From Theionarchaea archaeon (GTDB lineage: Archaea; Methanobacteriota_B; Thermococci; Methanofastidiosales; SZ-28-30): 61,907 bases of DNA. This document shows positions 36,448-45,947 of the stretch, in pieces. The notes under the pieces are model-generated. The model searched no databases. It was not told the origin of the DNA and was given only the letters and a program-made list of their open reading frames with translations. Location of the stretch: the NCBI GenBank assembly GCA_018992565.1, contig JACVGW010000007.1, positions 1 to 61,907 on the forward strand, in the 5' to 3' direction. Position 1 is the stretch's first letter. Every line of letters starts with the position of its first letter. Both the position numbers and the translations under genes were made by a program.

Positions 36448-37494
36448 CTATCCCTCCAGCATTTCGCAGAACGCCTGAACCCTGGTCCGTATCTGTTCTG
36501 GTGAGGGCTGATCTTCGAGCTCCAGTTGCAGACATGGATAGCCATTCTCTCTCAGCGTATTTTTGATCGAGACAGCCTCGAAGAGATGTGGTTCACAAAA
36601 CTTGTGGAGAAGGAGTACGACCCCATCTGCTTCGTATTCTTTTATTTTGTCGAGGATATGTGGTCCTCTTGGAACGGACACTGCTCTGCAGGGACACCAC
36701 ATACTCTGGTACCGTTGCGCAATTCCCCGCAACGACAATTCTTCCACCAGAGGCAGATACCGAGATCCTGTGCACAGATCATCATAGCTGATTTGCCCAT
36801 ATTCTTCAATAATCTCCAGTACGTACGGGTCCACCGTCACGCTTCCCAGAAGGATGAGACGAGGATGAGAATACTCTCTTGGATCCACTTCTTCTAAGAA
36901 TTCCTCCAGTAGTGCTGTATGTTCCTGCTTCAGCATGGTCATGGTGGCTTTCATCACCTTATCCACCACCACAGCAGAGATATGGCCCTTTTTTCTTCTT
37001 TCATACAACTTCTGCAGTAACTTTCTGTTTTCATTGTAAATACTAATGCTTTCTTTCAGAGTATTATCTGATATTTCTCCTGAAAAGACTTCCACTCTCT
37101 TTCTAAACCGGTCAAGCTCTTTGGTGAGATATTCAATCCCGGCTCCGATAACCACCGGGAGGACAAGCGTTTCATGGAATTCCTCCTTAACCGAATAACC
37201 CCAAATGTCAGAAAGCCTCTGCATAGTATCACAGCTGTGAACGAATACAGACCCATCAAGAGGACGCGTTAGTCCTTCTTCCAAGACTCGTTTTGCGTAG
37301 GAGCAGCAGTAGGACTGCAGATGGGCACTGGCTTTTTCTATGACATGCGAGCCAAAGATCCGAACAGGGAGGATACCTGCTGCATGAAGAATCTCTTCGG
37401 GCGTGAATGAACAAAAATGAGCAAAAATCTTCATGATTTTCTTTTTCTGACCGAGATAATTCTGGAGATCCAGGGTACTCAGAGCAGCCTTCAT
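36448..37494 (-). CDS. 2-hydroxyacyl-CoA dehydratase family subunit (partner of 35252..36445)
   Basis: KIFAHFCSFTPEEILHAAGILPVRIFG, LQSYCCSYAK, VHSCDTM, HKFCEPHLFE. Confidence 0.85.
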   Translation of the reverse strand: MKAALSTLDLQNYLGQKKKIMKIFAHFCSFTPEEILHAAGILPVRIFGSHVIEKASAHLQSYCCSYAKRVLEEGLTRPLDGSVFVHSCDTMQRLSDIWGYSVKEEFHETLVLPVVIGAGIEYLTKELDRFRKRVEVFSGEISDNTLKESISIYNENRKLLQKLYERRKKGHISAVVVDKVMKATMTMLKQEHTALLEEFLEEVDPREYSHPRLILLGSVTVDPYVLEIIEEYGQISYDDLCTGSRYLPLVEELSLRGIAQRYQSMWCPCRAVSVPRGPHILDKIKEYEADGVVLLLHKFCEPHLFEAVSIKNTLRENGYPCLQLELEDQPSPEQIRTRVQAFCEMLEG

Positions 37495-37819
37495 GAGATG
37501 TCTTGTTGAAAGAACACATAAATAGATTTCTCATGCGCATTTTTCAATTCCTCTCCCTGCACTTTAACCTGAAAACGTGAGAGTCCCGATATCAACAAAT
37601 AGACAGAAAAGAGTCAATTTAGGAGCAACTATAGTGAAATAATCTCTCTTGGAGACAGCCTGATCAAATCAGACTGCAAGGAAACGATCAGCAACAGTTA
37701 AAAGGCATCCACGAAGCATGAAAAAGCCTTCTCATAACCCAGAAGTGAACTCCTCAGACCATGGTTCTTCATTTCCTGTACTGAAATTGCATCCTGTTGT
37801 TAGTCACCTTTTTTGACAC

Positions 37820-37850
37820 CAGAAACGTTCAGAAACGTTCAGAAACTTTC
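37820..37850. repeat. 10-bp tandem repeat (cagaaacgtt x2, cagaaacttt x1), with a degenerate fourth copy at 37860-37869
   Basis: Read directly from the sequence. It lies about 105-135 nt upstream of the ATG at 37955, in the 400-bp divergent intergenic region. Confidence 0.85.
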
Positions 37851-37954
37851 AATAACAAATCAGAACGAAAATATAAAAAAGATTTACAATAAAAGCCAAT
37901 CCGTTACTAAACAGCGAGCGAAAAGCTTATAAACGAGCTTTTGCAGGACATATT

Positions 37955-38710
37955 ATGATACCTAAGAGATGGCTGGTAATCGCTGTTTCAATTGCCCTTG
38001 TTGTACCCGTAGCAGCCCAAGGTACAGTAGTCATCGTATCGGATTCAGATTGCGATGTAGCTATGGCAGAGCTCTTGGCCTCAGTAACTGAGGCAAGAAT
38101 TGTTAAAGTCGAATGGGGCCAGTTTGATGAAAATATTCTTGCAGAAGTTGTAGAATCAGACCCCAATAACATAATAATCATTGGCGGAAGCATGGCTGTT
38201 GTAGAACAGATCCAGCAGATGCTGGATCAGATGGGATTCAGTATCTTCAGGGTGGCGGGAAGAGACAGAGCACAGACGTCTCTCGAGCTGTACAAAGCTT
38301 TTCAAGAACACTTCAGTAATGAGTTTGCAATAGTAGTCGTGGATACCAGCAGGGCGAGCATTGTCAGGGGAAAGAAACTAGCTATACAGAATAGTGTTCC
38401 TCTGTTCTTTTGTGACATTTCTCAACTTGACGACATGCTTGAGCAAATCAACCAGCTGGGAATCGAGGAAATCAAAATAATAACCAGCAACCGACAAGAT
38501 GATCTTAGGACCATATGCGAGAAGAGACTCAAGGAAGCCTCCGAACGATTGGCAGGCATTGAGTTTGCAGAAGAGGATGTAGAGCTCAAGGAGGAGTCTG
38601 AAGAGCTACTTGAAAAAGCTACAGAATCCTTTGAAGATGGAAACTACCTCCTTTGTCTCCAATATCTGACAGAATTAGAGAAACTCCTTAGTGAGCTCCA
38701 GGAGGAATGA
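37955..38710 (+). CDS. Secreted protein with S-layer/CWB2-like repeat and acidic coiled-coil tail
   Basis: Signal-like N-terminus, VVIVSDSDCDVAMAELLAS, IIIIGGSMAVVEQ, RVAGRDRAQTS. ATGA overlap with the next gene. Confidence 0.6.
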   Translation: MIPKRWLVIAVSIALVVPVAAQGTVVIVSDSDCDVAMAELLASVTEARIVKVEWGQFDENILAEVVESDPNNIIIIGGSMAVVEQIQQMLDQMGFSIFRVAGRDRAQTSLELYKAFQEHFSNEFAIVVVDTSRASIVRGKKLAIQNSVPLFFCDISQLDDMLEQINQLGIEEIKIITSNRQDDLRTICEKRLKEASERLAGIEFAEEDVELKEESEELLEKATESFEDGNYLLCLQYLTELEKLLSELQEE

Positions 38711-41700
38711 TGATGAATCGATTCCTTCTCATCCTCTTCTGTATTATGTTATCACTCGTCTCTGCAGCAGAGATACCCACCGTACTGGAAGCACGATCTG
38801 GTCCTGGAGGTGCGATCCTTTTAAAATGGGATGGATCTGCAGATTCCTTTGTTCTATACAGAGGGGAAAAGGAATCATTCCAGACAGCAGAGGAAATTGC
38901 AAGAATCAAAGGTTCAGCATATACTGATTATCCAGACATGAACGGTACCGTTTACTACTACTGGGTGACTGCCCTTTCAGGTGACACTGAGAGTCCTCCC
39001 TCCCTCCCAGCAAGCGCAGTATGCGATCGTGAGGCTCCTCTCCTGAGTATTGCATCGCCACATGATGGAGCCCATATCAGTGGAACTCTCAAGATTGAAG
39101 GGACAGCATCAGACGGAGAAACTGGTGTCAACCAGGTGGAGGTGCTTGTTAACGGAATGTGGTACCGAGCTTCGGGCACTTCCACCTGGCGCTTATCAAT
39201 AGCTTCGCCTCCCCAGGGAGAAGTTGTACTGCGCTGCCGAGTTCAGGATATGGCAGGGAATAGCACTGAGAGTGCAGAGATTACCGTTTTTGTAGAATCA
39301 GTTCCACCCAGCATAGCGTCTATTGAACCAAGTAACCATGAGTCTGATACAGCATGTGTTGCAGATATCTTGGGAACTCACTTTGTTGAGACTCCACAGG
39401 TTCTGGTGGGAACAGCCAGCTGCAGCGTTACCTTTGTTGCAGAAACGCATCTGACTGTAACCATTCCACCTCTGAACCCTGGCACTTATGACGTCACTGT
39501 TGTTAATCCTGACGGGAAATCGGACACTCTGGAAAATGGGTTTCTCAGTTTTGAACCCAATACTCCGCCTGTCATCACGTATGTCAATGCAGTTCCCCAA
39601 TTTGTGCCCAATAATGGGACGACTACCCTCATTCTTTCGGCTCATGTTGAAGACACTGATGAAAATATTAAGACAGTCTCCATAGATTTCTCTCCCATTA
39701 ATGGTTCTGTGACCATGATGAGAGATGATGGAGTGATTCCTGACAAGACTGCAGGAGATTCCATATACACAATACAGACTGTAATCACCAAGGAAACACC
39801 CCAGGGCACCTATACCCTGGAGGTAATAGCCAGAGATGATTTCGGAGCAGAAGACACCAGATCTGTCACCATTACTGTAGTAGAAGACCCTCCTGATAAT
39901 CCCCCTCAATTACTCAATTACCTGGTTTCTCCTTCTTCGGGAACATCAACTACCATTTTCAAGTATTCTGTCACCTACAAGGACCAGGATAACAATTCAC
40001 CCACCTATGTTACCCTTACCATCACCGGTGTGGGGACTTTCAATATGATTGAAAGCAATCCAGATGACTATAATTTCATGGATGGCAAGCAGTACTACTA
40101 TGAATATTCAGGTCTGGGGACGGGGACTCAGAGTTATACAATATCGGCCAGTGATGGAACAAACCCTGTTTCTATCGGTGCGACTGGCCCCTCAGTCTCT
40201 GGCACAAACACTGCACCCACCCTCCTTTCTCTAAATGTTACCCCGTCCTCAGGCACTCAGACCACCAACTTCAGATACACTGTCACGTATAAGGACTCAG
40301 ATAATGATGATCCTGCTTCTCTTACCATTACCATAACAGGAATTGGAACCTTTTCAATGTCAGAAGTGGACCCTGGAGACACCTACTACAAGGATGGGAA
40401 AGTATATTACTATGATTATACAGCTGGCTTGTCACCAGGTACCCACAGCTATACCATAACAGCAGATGATGGGACTGATACCACCTCTGTGGGAGGTACA
40501 GGGCCCACCGTAACAGCAGATCCCAATACACCAGCGACCCTCACCAGTTTCTCTGTTACCCCGTCCTCAGGCACTCAGACCACCAACTTCAGATACACTG
40601 TCACGTATAAGGACTCAGATAATGATGATCCTGCTTCTCTTACCATTACCATAACAGGAATTGGAACCTTTTCAATGTCAGAAGTGGACCCTGGAGACAC
40701 CTACTACAAGGATGGGAAAGTATATTACTATGATTATACAGCTGGCTTGTCACCAGGTACCCACAGCTATACCATAACAGCAGATGATGGGACTGATACC
40801 ACCTCTGTGGGAGGTACAGGGCCCACCGTAACAGCAGATCCCAATACACCAGCGACCCTCACCAGTTTCTCTGTCACGCCCTCATGTGGTAATACTTCAA
40901 CCGTCTTCGTCTATCAGGTAACCTATAAGGACTCAGACAATGATGATCCTGCTTCTTTCACCATTACCATAACGGGAATTGGAACCTTTTCAATGTCAGA
41001 ATTGGATCCGGAGGACACCTACTACAAGGATGGGAAAGTATATTACTACGTGTACTCAGGAGGGTTCCCCATAGGTACCCACAGCTACACCATGACAGCA
41101 GATGATGGGACTGATACCACCTCTGTGGGAGGTACAGGACCGGAGATTCCCGTTGGTGATTGTGGACCCCCTCCCCCATCACCCGTTCCGCGGATCAGTA
41201 TCTTCCCCATTGCAGGCCCGACAGGCATCTGGGTGACGGTTTCTGGGACAGGATTTTCTTCCAATGAAGACAACATCAGGGTGACCTTTGCAGGCACTCC
41301 TGTTTCGCTCGCTCCCTTGGGGTCAACAGTAGCTGGAACTTCCACAGGAACAGTAAGAGCCAATAGCTCAGGGAACTTTTCTGCAAAATTCAGAGTACCT
41401 CCATCCAGCCCGGGGATCAAGCAGGTTGACGCGTCTGGTGCTTCCACTCCTGCGTCCAGTGTGCCCAATAGGACCTTCACTGTTCTTACGCTGCCCCTCA
41501 TCCCACACTTTCCCCCGCCCAGTGCTCAGCCACCTACAGACACTATATCTCCCAATTCCATCATTACGTACCCTCAGACAAATTCAAAACTGAAGGGGAC
41601 CTATATCACGGTCAGGGGTACAGCCTCTGACAACAATGAAGTAGTGAAAGTAGAAGTATCCTTTGACAATGGTTCAACCTGGCATACTGCCTCAGGCACA

Positions 41701-42498
41701 CTCAATTGGTCCTACAGGTGGAGACTTCAATCTGACGGAGTTTACACCATCCGGTCCAGGGCCACTGATGACGAAGGTAATACCGAGCTGGTAGGGGACG
41801 CAGTAGTGATTGTCATTGATAACACACCACCAGTGGTGGCTTTTGACCCAGGGATACAGCTGCAGGAGATTGAGACTGAGACTACCTTCGAACTAAAAGG
41901 GACTGCCTCTGACAATGACGTGGTAAAACGGATTGAGATCACCACAGATGGGGGTTCTACGTGGCAGCCAGTGGAAGGAGCCGTTAGTACCTGGACCTTT
42001 TCCTGGAACCCTGTAGATGGCGAATATATCCTGCAGGTACGTGCCTGGGATGACCTGGGTCATGTAGGGTATTCTGAAGAGATTTCAGTAATCATTGACA
42101 CCACACCTCCTGAGCTGTACATCACGACTCCTGACAGGAGCACAGTCACAGGAGATTCCTTCTTGATCAGTGGAAGTGCCTACGATCGCAATGGAGTGGT
42201 CTCGGTAGAAGTAGCTGTAAATGATGAGCCTGCGCAACTGGCCCAGGGAACTGATTCCTGGACCTACCAGTGGATAGTACCGGCCACAGAAGGAACCTAC
42301 ACCATCACCGTGACTGCATGTGATGCAGCAGGGCTTGAAACGTCAGCTGGGATTCAGCTGATAGTGGGAGAACCTGCAGGTGAAGGATTGCTGGGAGGAC
42401 TGGATTCGAGAACCACCCTCTTGATGATTGCAGCAGGTGCAGGAGTCCTCATTGCTGTGGCAGCAGCACTTCTCTTCATCTACATGCGGGGTTCATAA
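38707..42498 (+). CDS. Large (1263 aa) cell-surface adhesin-like protein: signal peptide, FN3/Ig-like/IPT modules, four ~105-aa repeats, C-terminal TM anchor
   Basis: Signal peptide MMMNRFLLILFCIMLSLVSAA. IPT-like block GTHFVETPQVLVG...TVTIPPLNPGTYDVTVVNPDG. Repeated Ig-like blocks ISGTLKIEGTASD / LKGTYITVRGTASDNNEV / FELKGTASDNDVV / FLISGSAYDRNGV. C-terminus LLMIAAGAGVLIAVAAALLFIYMRGS. Confidence 0.9.
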   Translation: MMMNRFLLILFCIMLSLVSAAEIPTVLEARSGPGGAILLKWDGSADSFVLYRGEKESFQTAEEIARIKGSAYTDYPDMNGTVYYYWVTALSGDTESPPSLPASAVCDREAPLLSIASPHDGAHISGTLKIEGTASDGETGVNQVEVLVNGMWYRASGTSTWRLSIASPPQGEVVLRCRVQDMAGNSTESAEITVFVESVPPSIASIEPSNHESDTACVADILGTHFVETPQVLVGTASCSVTFVAETHLTVTIPPLNPGTYDVTVVNPDGKSDTLENGFLSFEPNTPPVITYVNAVPQFVPNNGTTTLILSAHVEDTDENIKTVSIDFSPINGSVTMMRDDGVIPDKTAGDSIYTIQTVITKETPQGTYTLEVIARDDFGAEDTRSVTITVVEDPPDNPPQLLNYLVSPSSGTSTTIFKYSVTYKDQDNNSPTYVTLTITGVGTFNMIESNPDDYNFMDGKQYYYEYSGLGTGTQSYTISASDGTNPVSIGATGPSVSGTNTAPTLLSLNVTPSSGTQTTNFRYTVTYKDSDNDDPASLTITITGIGTFSMSEVDPGDTYYKDGKVYYYDYTAGLSPGTHSYTITADDGTDTTSVGGTGPTVTADPNTPATLTSFSVTPSSGTQTTNFRYTVTYKDSDNDDPASLTITITGIGTFSMSEVDPGDTYYKDGKVYYYDYTAGLSPGTHSYTITADDGTDTTSVGGTGPTVTADPNTPATLTSFSVTPSCGNTSTVFVYQVTYKDSDNDDPASFTITITGIGTFSMSELDPEDTYYKDGKVYYYVYSGGFPIGTHSYTMTADDGTDTTSVGGTGPEIPVGDCGPPPPSPVPRISIFPIAGPTGIWVTVSGTGFSSNEDNIRVTFAGTPVSLAPLGSTVAGTSTGTVRANSSGNFSAKFRVPPSSPGIKQVDASGASTPASSVPNRTFTVLTLPLIPHFPPPSAQPPTDTISPNSIITYPQTNSKLKGTYITVRGTASDNNEVVKVEVSFDNGSTWHTASGTLNWSYRWRLQSDGVYTIRSRATDDEGNTELVGDAVVIVIDNTPPVVAFDPGIQLQEIETETTFELKGTASDNDVVKRIEITTDGGSTWQPVEGAVSTWTFSWNPVDGEYILQVRAWDDLGHVGYSEEISVIIDTTPPELYITTPDRSTVTGDSFLISGSAYDRNGVVSVEVAVNDEPAQLAQGTDSWTYQWIVPATEGTYTITVTACDAAGLETSAGIQLIVGEPAGEGLLGGLDSRTTLLMIAAGAGVLIAVAAALLFIYMRGS
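40237..40872 (+). repeat. Perfect in-frame tandem duplication, 2 x 318 bp (106 aa), inside the adhesin gene
   Basis: 40237-40554 and 40555-40872 read identically. This is also shown by identical antisense track ORFs at 40328..40531 and 40646..40849, offset by 318. Diverged copies flank it at about 39925-40236 and 40873-41190. Confidence 0.95.
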
Positions 42499-42589
42499 GC
42501 AAGTGAATCATGAATACCGCTCTCCTGAGTGACACCTGCCCCGTCCTCAAGGGGGAATCAGAACAAAGAATAACTCTTACGCCTTGACA

Positions 42590-43039
42590 CTAGATTTCTC
42601 CCCTGATCACCTTGTAACCTTCTTCCTCCAGTTTCTTGGAATATTCCCTGGTGGTTCTGTGCGGCCCAGAAAATGAGAAAATCACGGGGGGAGAAAAAAT
42701 CAGAGATGCAATGTATGTGTAGTTGTACTTCTCACCTGTCAGAAAAAAGTCTCTATAGAAAAGCTTCAGGTCCTCAGGATTGTCCAGACGAACGATCATC
42801 CTGTCACCTTCAAAAACCACATTTGATACCTTGATCAGCTGGACACCCATTTCCTCCAGAAAGGGGACAGTAGTACTTTCCATATACGTCATTTCTTTTC
42901 TGTAGCTCCGGATAGGGTGATTTCCAGAGGGAATTGCGTAAATGGTTCCCAGTTGAGAAGAACTTTTCATGAGAATGTAGTACAGGTTATTCTCATCAAT
43001 TATGTCCTTGTGGTCTTCAACCCTGAATGTAATAGCCAT
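42590..43039 (-). CDS. Hypothetical protein (149 aa)
   Basis: Clean ORF in an otherwise empty interval with protein-like composition. I recognise no family. Confidence 0.5.
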   Translation of the reverse strand: MAITFRVEDHKDIIDENNLYYILMKSSSQLGTIYAIPSGNHPIRSYRKEMTYMESTTVPFLEEMGVQLIKVSNVVFEGDRMIVRLDNPEDLKLFYRDFFLTGEKYNYTYIASLIFSPPVIFSFSGPHRTTREYSKKLEEEGYKVIRGEI

Positions 43040-43189
43040 GAAAAGAGTGACGAAAAAAAATCTTATAAGGCTTTCGGTAGAGCTAATTTCATTTCTGCGT
43101 GTTTCGTCTCAAGGGGTGATTTCACCACCTATCGTGATGAGAAGGGCATGAGGCAAAACCTTCTTTAACCTCAGCGAAGAGGAGATTTG

Positions 43190-44116
43190 ATGTTCAAGGA
43201 AATCCCACCGTTCACCAAGCAGGAAATTGTCGATGTCGCGTTCAGAAAAGCATCCAAAAAAGGAAGAAACGACCTGGAAAAGGTGACCATGGCAGCAGAC
43301 ACTATTGCTTCAATGCTTGAGAAAATCATAAAAAGATACCCGTCCTTCCAGCAGCTTGACACCTTTCAGAGAGAACTCATTGATATTATTGTAGGGGAAG
43401 ATTCTGTCAGGCACAACCTGGGTGCTTTACAGTGGGCTCTGAACACGATCCAGAGAATCAAGAGGGAATACCTGTCAAGAATGAGAAAGAACAAAGAGCT
43501 GAGGTTACAGCTCATGCAGCAGTGCTATGCTCGATACGTTTCTGTGCTGGACCAGGTTGAAGAAAACCTCACTTTCCTCAGGGATGTCAGAAAAAAGCTC
43601 ATCTCTCTACCCTCTGTCAATCCGGATCTATATACGGTGGTGCTGGCTGGACTTCCCAATGTGGGTAAGACATCAATCCTGAGAGAGCTGACGGGATCAG
43701 AGCCTGATATTCAGCCTTATCCATTTACTACTCAAGGAATAAACATCGGGCATATGGAGTACCATCTTGCTTCAATACAGGTAGTGGACACTCCAGGTCT
43801 GCTTGATCGTCCCTTATCCCAAAGAAACTGGATCGAAAGACAGGCTATCAGTGCGCTGACCAATGTGGCGGATCTCATTGTATACATTTTTGACGTGTCA
43901 GAAACGTGCGGGTATTCTATTGATCAACAGGCTCGATTATTAGAGGAAATAAGAGACATGGGCGTCCCTCTCATTGTGATCAATAATAAGTGTGATCTTG
44001 GAGAGAGCGGATATTTTAACATCTCTGCTGAGACACACAAAGGGATTGGTGAGCTTCGAGAGGAGATTGAACAGCACTTTGTGACTCACAACAGAAAGGC
44101 TGAATTGACAGAGTAG
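43190..44116 (+). CDS. NOG1-family GTP-binding protein (archaeal)
   Basis: N-terminal NOG1-like helical region, G1 GLPNVGKTS, G2 PFTT, G3 DTPGL, G4 NKCD. ATG lies behind GAAGAGGAG. Confidence 0.85.
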   Translation: MFKEIPPFTKQEIVDVAFRKASKKGRNDLEKVTMAADTIASMLEKIIKRYPSFQQLDTFQRELIDIIVGEDSVRHNLGALQWALNTIQRIKREYLSRMRKNKELRLQLMQQCYARYVSVLDQVEENLTFLRDVRKKLISLPSVNPDLYTVVLAGLPNVGKTSILRELTGSEPDIQPYPFTTQGINIGHMEYHLASIQVVDTPGLLDRPLSQRNWIERQAISALTNVADLIVYIFDVSETCGYSIDQQARLLEEIRDMGVPLIVINNKCDLGESGYFNISAETHKGIGELREEIEQHFVTHNRKAELTE

Positions 44117-44131
44117 TCTCGCACTCCAAGA

Positions 44132-45796
44132 TCAGTCTTCCTGGTTTTCTCTCAGTTTTCTCCTCAGTACCTTCCCCACCATGCTCTTGGGCAGAGTCTT
44201 CACTATCTCAATAGAAGTTGGTACCTTATATGCAGCCAGATTCTCTTTACAGTATGCTAGTATCCCTTCCACAGTAGGCTGTTCTCCTTCACGTGGTACA
44301 ATGAAGGCCTTAACACTCTCCCCTCTCTTCTCATCAGGAATGCCAATGACGGAGGCTTCTTTGATCTGGGGATGCTCAAACAGAACTTCCTCGATTTCTC
44401 TGGGATATACATTAAACCCCGATGAAATGATCATATCCTTTTTTCTGCCCACGATGTAGAAGTATCCTTCTTCGTCCATTCTGGCAATATCCCCAGTATG
44501 CATCCAATCTTCGCGCAGCACTTTTCTTGTCTCTTCAGCATCATTCCAGTATCCTTTCATCACCTGGGGTCCTCTAACTACCATTTCACCTTCTTCACCA
44601 ACTGGAACGTCTCTCTCCCCTGTTTTCAGGTCGACAATTCTGCAATCAGTATCAGAAATAGGGAGTCCAATGCTGCCCACTTTTCTCCTGCCAGTTAGAG
44701 GGTTGATGTGGGTGACAGGACTGGTTTCTGTCATGCCAAATCCTTCCAGTATCACACCCCCAGTTAGGTTCTCAAATTGCTCCAGAATCTCCACCGGCAT
44801 GGGAGCTGCTCCACTGAAGCAGTACTTGACAGAAGAAAGATCATACCGCTTCAACCCGGGGTAGTTTACCATGTTGACATACATTGCAGGAACACCGGGA
44901 ACCATGGTACTCCGATGCTTCTGTATATTCTCCAGGATATCCCTCGTATCTCTGGGGTCCGGGATCAGAACCAGTGTAGAAGCTGCATATACGGCAAAAT
45001 TCAGGCAGCATGTATGCCCAAAACTATGAAACAAAGGAAGAGCAGCCAGAATTATTTCTCCTGCATACTCCGCCTTATAGAGCCAATGGAATCCCTGGAC
45101 ACAATTGGCCACCAGGTTCTTATGAGTGAGAGCGACTCCTTTGGGGACTCCTGTGGTTCCTCCCGTGTACAACAAAACCGCGCATTCGTCAGGGTCCACC
45201 ACAATCCTGGGATCATGACGGGAGTACGTAGAAAGCAAATCCTTGAAAAAAACTGTGCCTTCGCCTCTCGAGACTGGAACGCAATCCCGCCTTCTAACCA
45301 CAGGATAGAGTATATTCTTCGGAAATGAAAGGTATTCAGAGAGACTGCTGACAATAACGGTTCTGAGGGGAACTGTGCCCCGGATAGCCTGTACTTTGGG
45401 GTACAACATCTTCAAATCCAGTGTTATCACCGTGCTGACTCCTGCGTCCTGCAGTTGATATTCAAGTTCTCTTTCTACATACAGAGGATTCGTTTCTACC
45501 ACAATGCCTCCTGCTTTCTGAATTGCGAAATATGAAATCACGGCCTGGGGACAATTAGGCATGAAAATAGAGACCCTGTCCCCTTTCTCAACTCCAAGGT
45601 CAATAAGCCCATTAGCCAATCTCAGGACTGCATCATACAACTCGAAGTACGATATCTTTTTATCCACGAAGATCATAGATGTCTTTTCAGGAAAATTCGA
45701 GGTAGCCTCATCCAAGAAGTAAACCATCGGAACGTCAGGATAGTCTGCACTCTCAGGCACTTCCTCAGGATAGTGCTTAAGCCAGATTTTTTCCAT
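44132..45796 (-). CDS. AMP-forming acyl-CoA synthetase (long/medium-chain fatty-acid-CoA ligase-like)
   Basis: LLYTGGTTGVPKGV, EGFGMTE, GYWND, HTGDIA, SGFNVYPREIE, GKVLRR. Confidence 0.92.
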   Translation of the reverse strand: MEKIWLKHYPEEVPESADYPDVPMVYFLDEATSNFPEKTSMIFVDKKISYFELYDAVLRLANGLIDLGVEKGDRVSIFMPNCPQAVISYFAIQKAGGIVVETNPLYVERELEYQLQDAGVSTVITLDLKMLYPKVQAIRGTVPLRTVIVSSLSEYLSFPKNILYPVVRRRDCVPVSRGEGTVFFKDLLSTYSRHDPRIVVDPDECAVLLYTGGTTGVPKGVALTHKNLVANCVQGFHWLYKAEYAGEIILAALPLFHSFGHTCCLNFAVYAASTLVLIPDPRDTRDILENIQKHRSTMVPGVPAMYVNMVNYPGLKRYDLSSVKYCFSGAAPMPVEILEQFENLTGGVILEGFGMTETSPVTHINPLTGRRKVGSIGLPISDTDCRIVDLKTGERDVPVGEEGEMVVRGPQVMKGYWNDAEETRKVLREDWMHTGDIARMDEEGYFYIVGRKKDMIISSGFNVYPREIEEVLFEHPQIKEASVIGIPDEKRGESVKAFIVPREGEQPTVEGILAYCKENLAAYKVPTSIEIVKTLPKSMVGKVLRRKLRENQED

Positions 45797-45947
45797 TTTA
45801 TACCCTATGAGTAATCTGATTTAAGGGTTTCGGGCCCTTGCTCGTATCAATAGAACCCCATCTCTGTGGGATTCTCCAAAGGCAAGGAAGATGTTGTTGA
45901 TCTGGCAGAATCCACAAGACTTATAAGAAGTAACCAGAAAATGAATC

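Noticed and set aside
40237-40872. Regular 318-bp repeats considered as a CRISPR-like or satellite array
   Set aside because: The repeat unit is far longer than a CRISPR repeat, has no spacers, and is in frame inside a continuous 1263-aa ORF. It is a protein domain duplication.
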